Shown here: piece after piece, positions 12,201 to 24,890 of the stretch
How positions within the stretch are numbered: the stretch's first letter is position 1
How the letters are laid out: the number at the start of each line of letters is the position of its first letter
Assembly (NCBI GenBank): GCA_013239625.1
Contig: MU054212.1
Location: 1,550,001 to 1,614,000 of the forward strand
DNA: 64,000 nucleotides
Origin: Lama guanicoe
Taxonomy: Eukaryota
Direction of reading: 5' to 3'
The notes under the pieces: generated by a model
The model's database searches: none
What the model saw: only the letters and a program-made list of their open reading frames with translations
What the model was told of the DNA's origin: nothing
Made by a program: the position numbers and the translations under genes

Positions 12201-12690
12201 TCTCTCTTAAATTACTTCTAGTGCAGTGTATCCTTTTATTTTTTAAAAACTCATCCTGCATTTTCTTAAACCCACTTTAAATCCAAAAATATTTCTTCTA
12301 AGAACCTTCATTCCTTCATAACATTTCCTCCTCATCAGTCACTCCCAAAGACCCTCATTTTGGGTCGGTTGAGGACTGTCCATGTAGCATATTAGCAAGA
12401 TTAGTAAAACTCCCCTTCAGTCATTTAAAGAGTTTCCTTAAGCTGCAGCCAGACTGATCCTCTCAAAATTAATCCAAAATTAAGCTTCTGTTGACTGGTT
12501 TTGATGCTGTTTCCACATCTGGCCATCCCTGACTCTTGCTGACCTCACCAGGGTCTACTATTTATTTTGCTCAAAACTGCCTTTAGCAAAACTGTAAAGG
12601 AGTAGGAGGCTGTGGCCCTAGAAGTAATAGCAAGATGGTACTTCATCATAATGTTCTAACCAGTAGTTGCTTTTCACTTTTTCCTGGGGC

Positions 12691-12730
12691 TGTGTGTGTG
12701 TGTGTGTGTGCGTATGTGTACATGTGTTTG
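12691..12730. repeat. (TG)n microsatellite
   Basis: About 10 perfect TG units followed by degenerate units. Confidence 0.9.
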
Positions 12731-14221
12731 CAGACACTGGTAGAAAGGAGTTTCCCATAGGTGTTTTAGTTACCAGAGTCTCTAGCTATCCGAGGCAGTA
12801 CCAGACAACACCTAATGCTAGATATCTAAGAGCATAATGGATCCTCACTACAGAACCAGCATGGATACACCCTACCCTAAAATTCTATCCTAGTCTGCTG
12901 TTCCATTCTTAGTGCTAAATTTATGATTTTCCTGAAAGTTGCAAGTTCGATTTGCAATGAATTAAAAAATACTACTCCGGGGTATTATGGCCATAACAGA
13001 GGAAAGTCTCCCACCCTGACCCCCGACCCTGGCCCTGCCCTCCAGGCTGCTCTGTGATAGAAATAGTGGCTTGTCAAGGACAATTGTGCATGGAAGATGT
13101 GTCTGTCCATCCTTGTCAGGCTCAGCCTGACAGACCAGGCCCTGCTTCCCATAGTCAGAGTCAATGGTGCATTTTCCTCGCTTCTGAGGAAAAGTAACAA
13201 GCACTTTGGTTTTAGGAATCAGATCAAGAGTGACTCTCTTTGAAGCTTTCACAAAGCCGGCAAGAATTTCACACCATTTTGAGTGCTGCAGGTGAAGAAT
13301 TTAACAGCTGGTGGGAGTGCAAATTAGAGCCAATTATAATTTGATTGACCTGCCTTGACAATAAAACTGTCTTGCTTAATTTAAAACGCCTAGCAGGATC
13401 CTCTCTGCCCTGATAAGGTGGTGATTTCAAACGAAGAGCAGCTCAAACTAGGAAATTCTTTAACAATGCTGTGACAGTAATAAAGATTTATTTATATAGC
13501 CCTCTTTTTTTTTTCCTCTTGGACTGAAATGACAATGTTCAAACTGAGGGATAGTACATCTTGTACAGAAGTGACAAAGGACTGGGCTTGGCAGAAACGG
13601 CTCTTGAGGATGGTGGCAGCAGAAATAGAAAACCCATATCAATTTTGGGAAGCAGTGAAGGAGAGGGAAGTGTCTCGGTTCGCAAGTGTGATGCCCGTTG
13701 CCATAATGTTTGTGAAGAAACCAAATGTAGGATTGAAAAGCATATTCTTTAAAACCGCTTAAGGTGGCGTAATGTTTTCTTCCTGTTTGATTTTGGAAGC
13801 TAATTTATTAAACAGGTCAAAGAAGGCTTTGAACTCCAGCTCAGACTCATTCTGAGCTGAGGTTCATACTAGCTTGGGTTTGCTGCACTAGCTAAGCCTT
13901 ATAAGGAAAGAAATGGGTTGCTCTGCATTTTTTCTTTGCCTTGAGTCGGACTCTGGGTCATTTTCATTGACCTCTAACCCTGATGCAGTGATCTCATGCC
14001 CCAGGCTTCCCGTTCTTGAAAGGCGGTGCTCCAAGGAGCCAACCGGGTCACTACCAAGCACAGACTGAATGATCTACCCTGCAATCCTACCTTTACCAGT
14101 TTGAGCTTACTTGGGGCTCACTTGGTCTTGGGCACATCACCCTTTGGGTCTTGGTTTTTTTAATCTACAAAATGGAAATAATAAAACCTCCCTCGTAGGG
14201 CATTGTGGTGATTATTGAGTT

Positions 14222-14720
14222 ACAACAAAGATTTCTCCTTGACCACATTCCAGCCAGACTCCTCTAAGTCCTCTTCTGTACTCTGCCTTGACCTTGGCCT
14301 TTAAAGACTTGAACAAACACTAATATAGTTTCTAACAGCTTAATGCTGACCCCTAGGGTGACACTAGCTTCCATGAAAGTATCTGCCTGAGAAAACTCAA
14401 GGCTGCCCAAAGAATTTACTGTTTGTTCAACCAGCATGTGAACCTGGGGCTCCTGTCTCCCAGCCTCTGTGGGAGGGTAGGAGCCTGACTTTGATGAGCA
14501 CCAGTTTTAGCAAACCTGGGTGGGTTGGGACAAAACCCCCCTTCTTGCTTTTTGTAATTTTCATCCTCCCTTCAAAGTACTCAGTTGATTCTGTACAAAT
14601 CAGTTCAAATGAGCTGAATTCAGTTCACACTGGACTCTTTTCCCAGTTGCAATAGTATATTACTGATTGAAGTTGGTCCTTACCACGTTAACTAGTGTCC
14701 TGCCTTGTGGCTCTTTGACA
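14222..14720 (+). mobile_element. ERV1 solo LTR (MER31/MER67-like) inserted in a MIR
   Basis: Begins caaagatttctccttgaccacattccagccagactcctct, contains gcctgagaaaactcaaggctgcccaaagaatttactgtttg and ends ctctttgaCA. MIR sequence lies on the left (about 14090-14221) and apparently resumes on the right. Confidence 0.75.
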
Positions 14721-16540
14721 GATACCATATACAGAATGGCTCGGTGTGATGTTTTGCCCAAGCGGCCCCAGGAAATGGGAGTAGTTCTACCTGTTAGGAC
14801 CTGCTGCTGCTTCTCTCCACCATGGAGGCTGCCCAGCCTTATTGCTTTATTCTCTGTTCTTGCTGCCAGTGAAACTTTGCAATGAGGGCAGGAGGTAATT
14901 TGGGGCATAAGGAGGGCTATTCTTGTCTGCTTGATATTGGACTTAGAATGAATTTCGCTAAGTGACAGTGTTCTTCCTGCTGTGGAGGTTCTTATAATAC
15001 TAATACGATCAGGGACCCATTGTCTGTTAAACATACCTTTATGATTGGCTTAGAAATTTAATTTTTTATCATAGAGTTTACATAAAAGTAAACAAAAATG
15101 TTAGGGAAATAGCTGTAACAAAGGCCATGAGCTTTACATCATAGCAAAAGGTGTGGAAACTTTCAGTTTTTGGATGTACTGTATCAGTATTGGTACAACT
15201 CGAATTGTACTGCCTTCAATTTTATGGCAAGTAAAGTTGTCAAAGGGAACAGAAGCCTGAGTTCCAAACAATCAACTTAATACACAAACTTTTGGCTTAT
15301 GCTATTGTAAGCTGTATACTGCATGAGCCTCATCTTAATGGTCATGAACCATCAGGAAGCTTCTGTTTAAGGAGGATGGATAAAGTGCCTGGGCTTTGTG
15401 ACAGTGTTATCTCCTCTTTTAAGATTAATTCTGGATGAGGATTGGGGTTTCTGGAAATTCAGGCTTTGTAAAATGAGAGCTTTCTTCTATTATTATTAAT
15501 GTGGCTTCCAGGGTCACTTTCTACTAAAAAAAATTAAGTACTAATAAAGATCTATGTGGTGATGGTTGTTTGTATCCTTGTACACATCCATGAAACTGAA
15601 ATTTCTTGTGGGTAACACATCTGATTAAAAAAAAAATTACCTATAGGAATATTAAATGGCAGGTGAGGATCCCAGTAACCAGGTCCTGGAGTGCCGCCAA
15701 CCCCCAAGCAATGAAAGGATGATTTCGGCAAGCAGGCTTGACTGCGCTGGACCTGTGCAGATGATGGAGGGAGCAGGATGCTCCAGCAGCTGCTGTCTGG
15801 TGAGCTGAGACGGGGCATGCACAAGGTGGTCAGACAGATGCCATAATGACCCACTAAAGAATAACCACGTGCAATACAACATAGCTGTGAAATGTGGGGA
15901 AACAATGGCAGCAGATGGACAAAAACCTGGCTCACAGCAGGCAGGGAGAAGCAGCTCATTTATAGCAAAAAGCTCAGGGACGAACAGGAATCCAGTCCCA
16001 TACCAAGCCTGAAAGTAGCAACAGGCCCTGTAAGCAGCATTCATCCTTTTCAACATTTATTGACTGCTTGCTATGTACCACCCTGGGCTAGGTGCTATAG
16101 GAGCACAGGGATGAACACGGGCTTACTGACTTCAAAGAGTTTAGAGTCATGTGGACATGCAGTGGGCTTCTGCTTATCTGATACCATTTGTGAATTAGGT
16201 GACTGATACCACTCACATTTAACATTCTTCAAAATCTGTTTATTCTTTTCCTAGCTCTTAGATGGCATGACTTCAAATCCAAAGGAAATGGAGTTTTACA
16301 GGAGTAGTGGTTGCAAGCAAGATTTGATGAGTCACATGTCCAGCAAGTTTGTGCTGAGATTGTCTGATAGCTTAGATTATTCATGAAACTATTCTTCAGT
16401 TTACACTGCACAGGGTCACCTCCCTATGAATACACTGCAGGGAGAATGACCAGCCCTTATTGAATTTTAGCTTTATCCAAAAAGGTATCTGTGCAAGAAG
16501 GGGCATTGTAGTTTCCAAATACGAAGGACAGTTCCATTCT

Positions 16541-16581
16541 GTGTGTGTGCATCTGCATACACACACACACACACACACACA
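16541..16581. repeat. (TG)/(CA)n microsatellite
   Basis: gtgtgtgtgcatctgcat followed by about 11 AC units. Confidence 0.9.
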
Positions 16582-17464
16582 TTCTTGGTTGTCTTGTATT
16601 CTTTGGTTCCTGGGGAAATATTCTCTATCACCATCAACATCACTGAGTTGGCAACTAAAAACAACTAAAAAAAAAATCCTTTCTTGGCAGTTGAGTACTT
16701 TTAATTACTGGAAGAGAAGCTGTTTTCATTGTTTATAATGGGCATTAAAGAGAAGGGATTAAAGTGCAATGTGAGCTTTGCTTAAATAGGGAAAAATCTT
16801 GCATTCCAGCTAGAATAGTTTGCAAGAGGTTATGCTATGAAATTGTTGCCCGCCCCCTTGTGCTTTTCCACACTAGAATAGACTAACATGTCTTGAAATA
16901 GTTTGGCTTTGACCTGCAGGGAGTGGAACAGAGATGACAGCCTATGAATCAATTATTAAAATAGGTGAACTTTGGCATCTTCTAGTTTGGTGGATTTAGT
17001 CTTGACTCTATCACCACGTCATCACCAGTTTTATCATCCTCTGAAAAAGCAAAAATAATGTTGTGGAGTCTATAAGGCATACACACAGAGCTTTATAGCC
17101 ACATCCTAGAATACATATGAACCATCTGCCACGAATGCCTTAACTGTAGGTATTGTCTATGTAAAAATAAGAGAGAAACTTGTAATCAAGAATAATTTCT
17201 AATTATGAACAATTTAAATACAAAATAATAGAATGTGCCTAATACCTTTATCTTACATAAAGCCGGACAGAAATAACCAAGATGATTTATGAATTTATCC
17301 TTATCATATAAATTTGACAGTATCTAAGGTTGAATATAGAGCATCAGGAAATCTTGTACTCTGTAGGTAGGAATGTACAACCATTTGGGAGAGCAATTTG
17401 GAAATACCTAAAGAAAGCTGAAGATATGTATACCTTATAAATTTAATCAACTCACTCTTTGACA

Positions 17465-20400
17465 GGTGTTATCCATTTTAAGTTATAGTTATATGAGTGG
17501 AGGTGAATTTGTACAGCTCTGCAGCCATCACCCCAATCCTGTTTTAAAACATTTCCGTCACCCTGAAAGTTCCCTTCTGGATGTGTGCAGTCAGTATCTG
17601 CTTCCATCCCCCAGGCGCATGCAACCATTGATCTTCTTTCTGTTACTATAGTTTTCCTTTTCTAGATGTGATGTATATAAGTGCAATTATATAATATATA
17701 TAGGTTTTTTTTTACCCTCCTATCTGGCTTCTTTTAATTAGCACAATGTTTTGAGGACTATCTATGTTGTTGCATGTTATCAATAGTTTGTTCCTTTTAA
17801 TTGCTAAATAGTATTACATTGTATGGATAACCATATTGCATAAATCCATTTACCAGTTGACAACAGTTTGGATGGTTTCTAATTCCTGGCTATTATGAAT
17901 AACATTGGTATGAACAGTCTTTGTCTAGACATGTTTTCATTTCTCTTTGGTAGATACCTTAGGGTGAAATTGCTGGGTCATACAGTAAGTATATGTTTAA
18001 CTTTTTAATAAGCTGCTAAACTGTTTCTCAAAGAGACTGTCCCATTTTATATTCCCACCAATAACATATGAAGTTTTCAGTTTCTCTGCTTCCCTGTGAG
18101 CACTTGGTAGTGTCAGTCTGTCTGATACCAGCCATTTTTATAGTCATTTTACAGAGATACATCATTGTTTTTAACTAGTATTTTCTAAATGACTTATGAT
18201 TTTTGAGCATTTTTAACATGTGCTTATTTGCTATTCTATATATCTTTGGAGAAGTATCTTTTCAAATCTTTTGTGATTTAAATTTTTAAAAATCTTACTA
18301 TGGTCTTGGAAGGGTAATTTGTATATTCTGAATAGAAATTGTTTATGAGATGCATGCTTCACAAACATTCTCTCCCAGTCTGTGGCCTCTATTAATTTTT
18401 TAATGGTGGTTTTGAAGAGCAACATTTTTATATTTGCTGAAGTCCAATGATCAATTTTTCCTTTTCTAAATGGTGTATTTGGAGTCACATCTAAAAAATA
18501 TTTGCTCACTCTAAGTCACACAATAATTTTCTCCTAAAAATTGTATAGTTTTAGTTCAGTCTTATATTTGGGGCTATCATTTTGAGTTAATTTTGTGTTT
18601 GGTGAGAGACAAGGGTCAGGCTGGGTTTTTAAAACATTGATAATGATCTATCTAATTGCTATTGATCCAATATCAATAAAATATATGAATAACCAATATA
18701 ATTTTTAGAAAATGTTATTCTTCCTCCATTAAATTTCCTTAGCACTTACTTTGAAAATCAGTTGACCATATATGTTTCTGAACTCTTTGTTCTCTTTCAT
18801 TTATCTATGTCTATCCTTATCCCTATACCACATTGTCTTGATTAATGTAGATTTACAGAAACTTTTGAAATCAGTTAATGTAAATTCTAACAGATTTGCC
18901 CTTCATTTGTTTTTCAAAATTGTTTTGGATGTTGTAGGTCCTTTGTTATTTCCATGTAAATTTTATATCAATTTTTTAATTTCTATAAAAATGCTTGCTG
19001 GGGTTTTAATAGGAACTGTGTTGAATCTAAAGATTAATTTGGGGTGACGTGTCATCTTAACAAGTTGAGTCTTTCAATACATCGTTGTGGTGTATCTCTC
19101 CATTTACTTAGGCATCCTTTAAGTCTTGGATTTATTTCTAAGCATTTTATTATTGGTGATGTTTTCATGAATGAAATTATTTTCTTAATTTAATTTTTAA
19201 TCAGTTGGTGCTAGTATATGAAAATGCCCTGGATTCATTTTTGCATATTGATCTTATAACCTATGACATTACTAAAGTTGCTTATTAATTCTAGTAGCTT
19301 TTTTTGACTATTCCTTAGTGTTTTATGCATGTAAGATTTTGTATAAGGACAATTTTACTTCTTCCTTTGTAATCTGAATGCCTTTTATTTATTTTTCTTG
19401 CCTTATTCCACAGTGTTGAATAGAAGTGGTATGAGCAGACATCCTCGCCTTGCTCCTGTTCTTAGGGGGTTAGCATTCAGTCTTTTATCACTAAGTATGA
19501 CATTAGTTGTAAGTTTTTTGTAGATTTTTAAAATCAAGATGAGAAAATTCCCCATTATTCCTAATTGTGTGAGAATTTTATCACTAACATGTGCTGTATC
19601 TTATCAAGTGATTATTGTACATCTGTTGAGATATTTTCTCTCATGAGTCCATTTTAGTAATTTGTGTCTTTCTAGGAATCTTTAATTTATCACAATGTCA
19701 AGTTAATACTGATTTAATTTGAATAAAATATAGCAACTTTGCACTAGTACAGCTTCATTTCGTCATCCCTTCTTAGTGCTATTGCCATGTATATTATAAG
19801 CCTATCTTATAGGTATAACTGTATTATAATTACAGTAGTGTAATCACTGCCTTAAGCAAACTTGTATTTTATACAAGAAGAAAAGAGAAGAAAAATATAT
19901 ACAATATTTGATCTTTTATATTTACCCAGATATTTACTTTTTCTAATACTCTTCATTCCTTCCCATATATCCCAGTTACCATCTGATACCATTTCCCTTC
20001 AGCTTGAAAGACTTAAACTTTAGTATTTTTTTTGTACCATGGGTCTATTATCAAAGAATTTTGTCAGTTTTTGCTTATCTGGAAGTGTCTTTATTTCAAC
20101 TTATTTTTGAAGAATATTTTTATTGAATATATAATTCCTTGTTGACACATTTTCCTTTCATTTGAAATTTGAATTTATTTTGAATTTATTTCATTGCATT
20201 CTGCCTTCCATTGTTGCTGATAAGCAGTTATCAATTGTGTCGTTACTGTTTTGTACCTGGTGAATCATTTTCTTTTGCTGCTTTGAAGATTTTCTCTTTA
20301 TTTTTGGCTTTCAGCAGTTTGACAATGATGTATCCATATGTGGTTCTCTTTGTGCTTATTTTATTTGATGCCTGTTGAACTTCTTGGATCTGTAAGTGAA

Positions 20401-21950
20401 TGCTTTTCCACCAAGTTTTGGAAGACTTCAGTTTCTTGAAATTTTTTTATCTTTTACGTCTCTCTCCTCTTTTACTGAGACTCCCATTTCACACATCTTC
20501 AAATGCGTGACATTACCTGGAAAGTCTCTGAAGATGTGTTGATTTTTTTTTCAATTTTTTTCCTTCTCTGTTCCTCAGATTCAGTAATTTCCATTAATTT
20601 ACCTTTACCATCCTCTTCTTTCTTTTGTCATTTCAAGTCTGCTGTTGATCTTATCTAGTGAATTTTTTTTTATTTTAGTTACACACTTCTAGAATTTTCA
20701 TTTCATCTTTTATATAATTTTGTTTCTCTGTAAAAATTCCTTATTAGTTGACTAACAGCATATTTTTCTTTAACCTCTGAATACAGATTTCTTTAATTCT
20801 TTGAACATAATTCATAATAGCTATGTGAAGTGTTGTTTGCTAAATCCAACATATCAGTTAGCTCAGGGTCTGTTTCTGACGACTTCTTTCCACCCCTAAA
20901 CACAGGCTGCACTTTTTTGTCTCTTTACATGTCTAGTGATTGTCTAGTTATTTTAGCTGAATACTGGACATTTTGTTTACTATATCACAGTAACTCTAGA
21001 TTCAGTTTTATTTTTCAGTGTTGTTACATAGATTGATTAGTTGGTTGATTGATTAAATGCTTAATAATTGCCTGGACTTACACTGTAGAGTTTGTTTTTC
21101 TCATAGTGTGCAACTGCTGATGTCTCTGACTATTTATTTTTCCTATTTTTATTTTTTAGCCTGGTTCACCGGAGGCTGGGGGTTGGAGGATGTCATTTCT
21201 CCTTCTGTTTGTTCGGTGACCAGTCAACAATTAGGGCTCAAGTTTTGCTCAAACACGTGGAACTCATTAGATTTCCACCCTCGAGGTGCCTCCCGTTGAG
21301 TTTTATGTGACTGAGGAGCACGCTCAAAGCTGCAGCCAGTTCTCAAGGCTCCCTTGGTTTTACATTTCCCAAGGGTCCTTAGGATCTCCTCCACACGTGT
21401 GTAGTTTGTCCCTTGGCCAGGAATGTGAGGAGGAGAGCTTATCTTAGTCCTTTTGTGGTGCTCTAAATTCCAGTGTCTCTCTATTAAATCTCTGGCTGGC
21501 TGGCTGCTCACCTTAAACTGGGAAACATACCATTGGTCTAGAAAAGCTACAGGTCTTTATAGTCTATCCCAAACTAAATCTGCCCTTTTTAGCTGTGAAT
21601 TACATGGGTGTTTGCCCTCCCTCCTCCACCTCTGCTTCAAGGCAAATCAGCCTTTGATAGCAAAGTTGCCTTTTTTTGCAGCTAGCCAAGTTGGTGTGGC
21701 TATAATTCTTGCCAACTGAGCTGCGGGAGGGGAGAATGGGAGTAGCCCCAGGCGGAGGGCACAGACTCACCGTTCTTACCCATAGCTGTATCATTTTGTG
21801 TGTTTCAGAATAAATGTTTCTTAGTTTATTTTCTGACTTTGGTAGGTGTCCACATGCTGAGACAATTTTTAAAGACCACTTTGTCCATTTCTGTACTTAT
21901 TTTCTGTGAAAGGAAATCACCTAACCCCTTCATGTAGCCATTACTAGAAG
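17465..21950 (-). mobile_element. Large antisense L1M (L1MC/L1MD-type) relic: 3'UTR, ORF2 3' part, ORF1 and 5' region, with internal deletions
   Basis: T-rich with many L1 antisense hallmarks (attgctgggtcatacagtaagtatatgtttaacttt; gttgaatagaagtggtatgagcagacatcctcgccttg; tatctggaagtgtctttatttcaacttatttttgaag). ORF 18231..18509(-) is ORF2 C-terminal-like (ATDWERMFVKHASHK). Confidence 0.85.
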
Positions 21951-22599
21951 ATCAAGTTTGTTTTCGTAACAGATTTGTTAGAGAGCAGCACTCAATAAAC
22001 ATGTGCCAAGCATGGTTTATTGAGAAGCAGACTGTGCTGGAGAGTCTTCAGAGCGTGCTGAACGCTGCATCTCAGGATGCCAGGTCATTCTGGGAGCCCC
22101 ATAAATGTTTGTTGAATAAAAAAATGATCTAAAGCACCAACATTTTCTTTGCTTTAAGGAGAGAGAAGTTGGAGAGTACTAACCCAAAAATTCCTTTGAA
22201 GGTTTGTTTCAATAGTAAATGTATTGATTTACTTGAGGCATTGTATTAGATTGTGCTAAGATAATGAAAAACCCTTTCTCTTCTACATCGTAAGAAGCCT
22301 ATTTCAGAGGTACAAAACCACTTGCTTTTCATCTCAATTTAAAGAAAAAAAACAAGCAGAGACCACAACATAGGTAACCTTTTCCTGTAATGGCTCAAAC
22401 CCCTTTCTAGTTCAGACTTCCGCACAAGCTTGTTAGGTTTGGTGATGTTCAGAGAACATGTTTACAGGATGTTTAATTATCAAATACTTCCATTTAGGTA
22501 ACAAAAATTTCCAAGTTTGAAGGAAGCCAACTTCATCCAGGTATTTCTGAACTATTTGGAGTTTATTATTCTCTTTAGAAGGTTCATTTAATCTGAAAC

Positions 22600-22890
22600 T
22601 AGAGATCAGAGGTCTCAGAGTGGCAGCCTGAATCCACCCACAAACATTTTTTTTTTAGGTCCAAATAGTGCTCTAACAGTATCTCTTACTACATATTAAA
22701 AATCAGAGATTTCATGTAGCAATGCAGATTTTCTAATTTGAAGACCTCACAATACAGCCTCATTCCCCCAAGACAGCCATCAGCTGCAGCCCCTTCAGAA
22801 GTGCATGAGCTCTGCTCTCTAGTTTGCCTCAGTCCTGGCCTTGCTCAGCCAGATTCCCTCTTCATTTGATGACCCTGCCCCTGTAGACAT
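22600..22890. mobile_element. hAT-Charlie element (MER102-like)
   Basis: ttaaaaatcagagatttcatgtagcaatgcagattttct...cagcctcattccccc...atcagctgcagcccctt. Confidence 0.6.
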
Positions 22891-23094
22891 CTGATTTCAT
22901 AACTTTTGGGATTGTGGCCTCAAAGACTGGGCTGCTACCAGGCAGACATGCTGGTATCACTGGAGGGTTATGTTGTATGTATTTAACATAAAAGAACTTG
23001 GGTCAGGTAGAAAGCATTTGAACCCAGGGTAGAGAAGAATTTTGTAGCCAGAGTATATACCATGACATAAATTAAAATCGAATTGAGATGATAT

Positions 23095-23285
23095 AAATGC
23101 CATTCATTCATTCACTCACTTATTTACAGAATATTTATGGACTGAGTGGGTCTGGTTCAACATTGTCTCCCTCTAAGACCAGATTGGTTCCTAATGTATA
23201 ATAAGCATAATATAATAAATGTTCCATACATAATAAGTGTCCTGTACGTATTCTGTGAATAAATGAACAAGTGAATGAATCACAT
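23095..23285. mobile_element. L2 3'-end fragments
   Basis: cattcattcattcactcac...tatttatgg and tgtgaataaatgaacaagtgaatgaat tails. Confidence 0.5.
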
Positions 23286-24871
23286 TAATTTTATTTCATA
23301 TCCCTGGAAAATGAGTAACTTACTTCCTTAGTTTCTCCCCTCCCAGCAATCCTCAAATTTCAATTTTAATTGATTTAAAATTGGTATCTAGTGGTATTAA
23401 TAAAGACTTTCATGCTTCATTAATGAAAAAAAGGAAGGGGAACAAAAACCTCCCGAAATAATCTATACCTATAATTGGGACTGAGCAGTCTATGTCTCAT
23501 AAGGCAGAAAACCCAAATTGGTGGAATCAGGTAGCTTATTAATATAGAGAAGACTGTGCAGCCTTCCAGTTCTATGTGAAACTGGGGGGAGTAATATCAG
23601 AAACCAGACTGGACTCTTTCCTTGAGAAGCATGTTAATACTTTAGTAACTGAGACTAGAGACCATGCAAAATACAAACCAACCTCAAACTGACTAGGTTT
23701 ACAAGCCAAATTGGTAAGATCTGTAAATACCAAGGAAAATAATTAGATTTTACATTTAAGATTATATTCCTTTCTCTGCTCATGGTGTAAAGATAATGTG
23801 GTCAGAAGCATAGTATATACCCATGCTCTGGTAACTCTGCTCTGGGAGGCAAGACTCTCCTGAGAGAGGGAGGGAGGGAGAGACAGGGAGAGAGACAGAG
23901 GATTGGGAGCACTTCAGAGAAAAGTCTGGGACTCTGCCACCCAGCTCCCAGCCCTGGGAGGGTCCATGGCAGATGTTTGGAAAGAGGCAGCTTGCTGGTC
24001 CCTCAGTGGCATCCTTATAAAGTCAGCTCTGGTAAGTGATATTCTTGATACTTGATGTTTTGCCAGAAGTTAGAATATTGCTTTTCTCTTAAATCTACAC
24101 ATGCTGCTCAGAAGCCACTGGGTTTCTATTTGGAATTACAGACATCCCAGCAACAATTTCCAAACAACATGTAGCATGTATTATCCATCCAACCATGTGT
24201 AGATATTTGGACTTAAGGGGACAATGGCGCGTCATTGCATCAGGAATCAGGAGGCCTAGGGCCCAGTTGTATCTTTGATTCTGTATGACTTTAGCAAAGG
24301 GACTTAACTTCACTGAAGCACTTCTCTTCATGGCAGGACCCCCCTACCCCCAACTGCTGCTATCTCCATGGATCCCAGAGGAAAGTAATTCTAGAGCTGC
24401 AAGACTCACAGTCTCCTGGCCAGGGTGTTAGACTCCAACCTGTGTAAGAGATCCTGGTCTTTTAACAGAACTAGACATGTCCTCAAGTAGAGAATACTGT
24501 TACAGAATTTTAAAAAATAAATTGGAAAGCCATTTGTAATTTGCAGTAAGAAAAGGCTTGTAGAGTAAGTCACAATGCAAGAGTCTAAAATGAATAAGGC
24601 TGCCGATTGCTGACTATGAATATCTGAATACGGTGCTACTTTCTAATTGCTTCACACTTGCAACAGAGAGAAATAAAATTGTGAGAGTGTGAAGTGTATA
24701 AAGGATTCTACCGCTCTCTCGGGGCTCAGAGACCCACAGATTGGAGAAAGTAAGTAAGTGCCTTTCTGACCATTGAATTCCTCACTCTTATTGCAAGTTA
24801 GAAAGCTCTAAGGAGGAATTTAATGAGACCAGTATGAGCCTCGGAAAAGGGAACCGAAACCGCTGGGGAGA

Positions 24872-24890
24872 CAGCGCCACCTAGTGTCCA
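24872..24890 (-). promoter_or_regulatory. Candidate CTCF binding site
   Basis: Reverse complement TGGACACTAGGTGGCGCTG versus consensus TGGCCACCAGGGGGCGCTA. Lies in unique sequence with locally retained CpGs (24840-24920). Confidence 0.75.

Noticed and set aside
13529..13762. 77-aa ORF in unique sequence
   Set aside because: No recognisable homology and no convincing splice or promoter context.
15552..16206. Cluster of 100-135-aa ORFs on both strands
   Set aside because: No recognisable domain or clear exon structure, and partly overlapping an L2-like tail.
17340..17465. Sense L1 fragment next to an antisense L1, as a twin-priming inversion
   Set aside because: It adjoins the 3' end rather than the 5' end of the antisense element, so it is more likely an independent older fragment.
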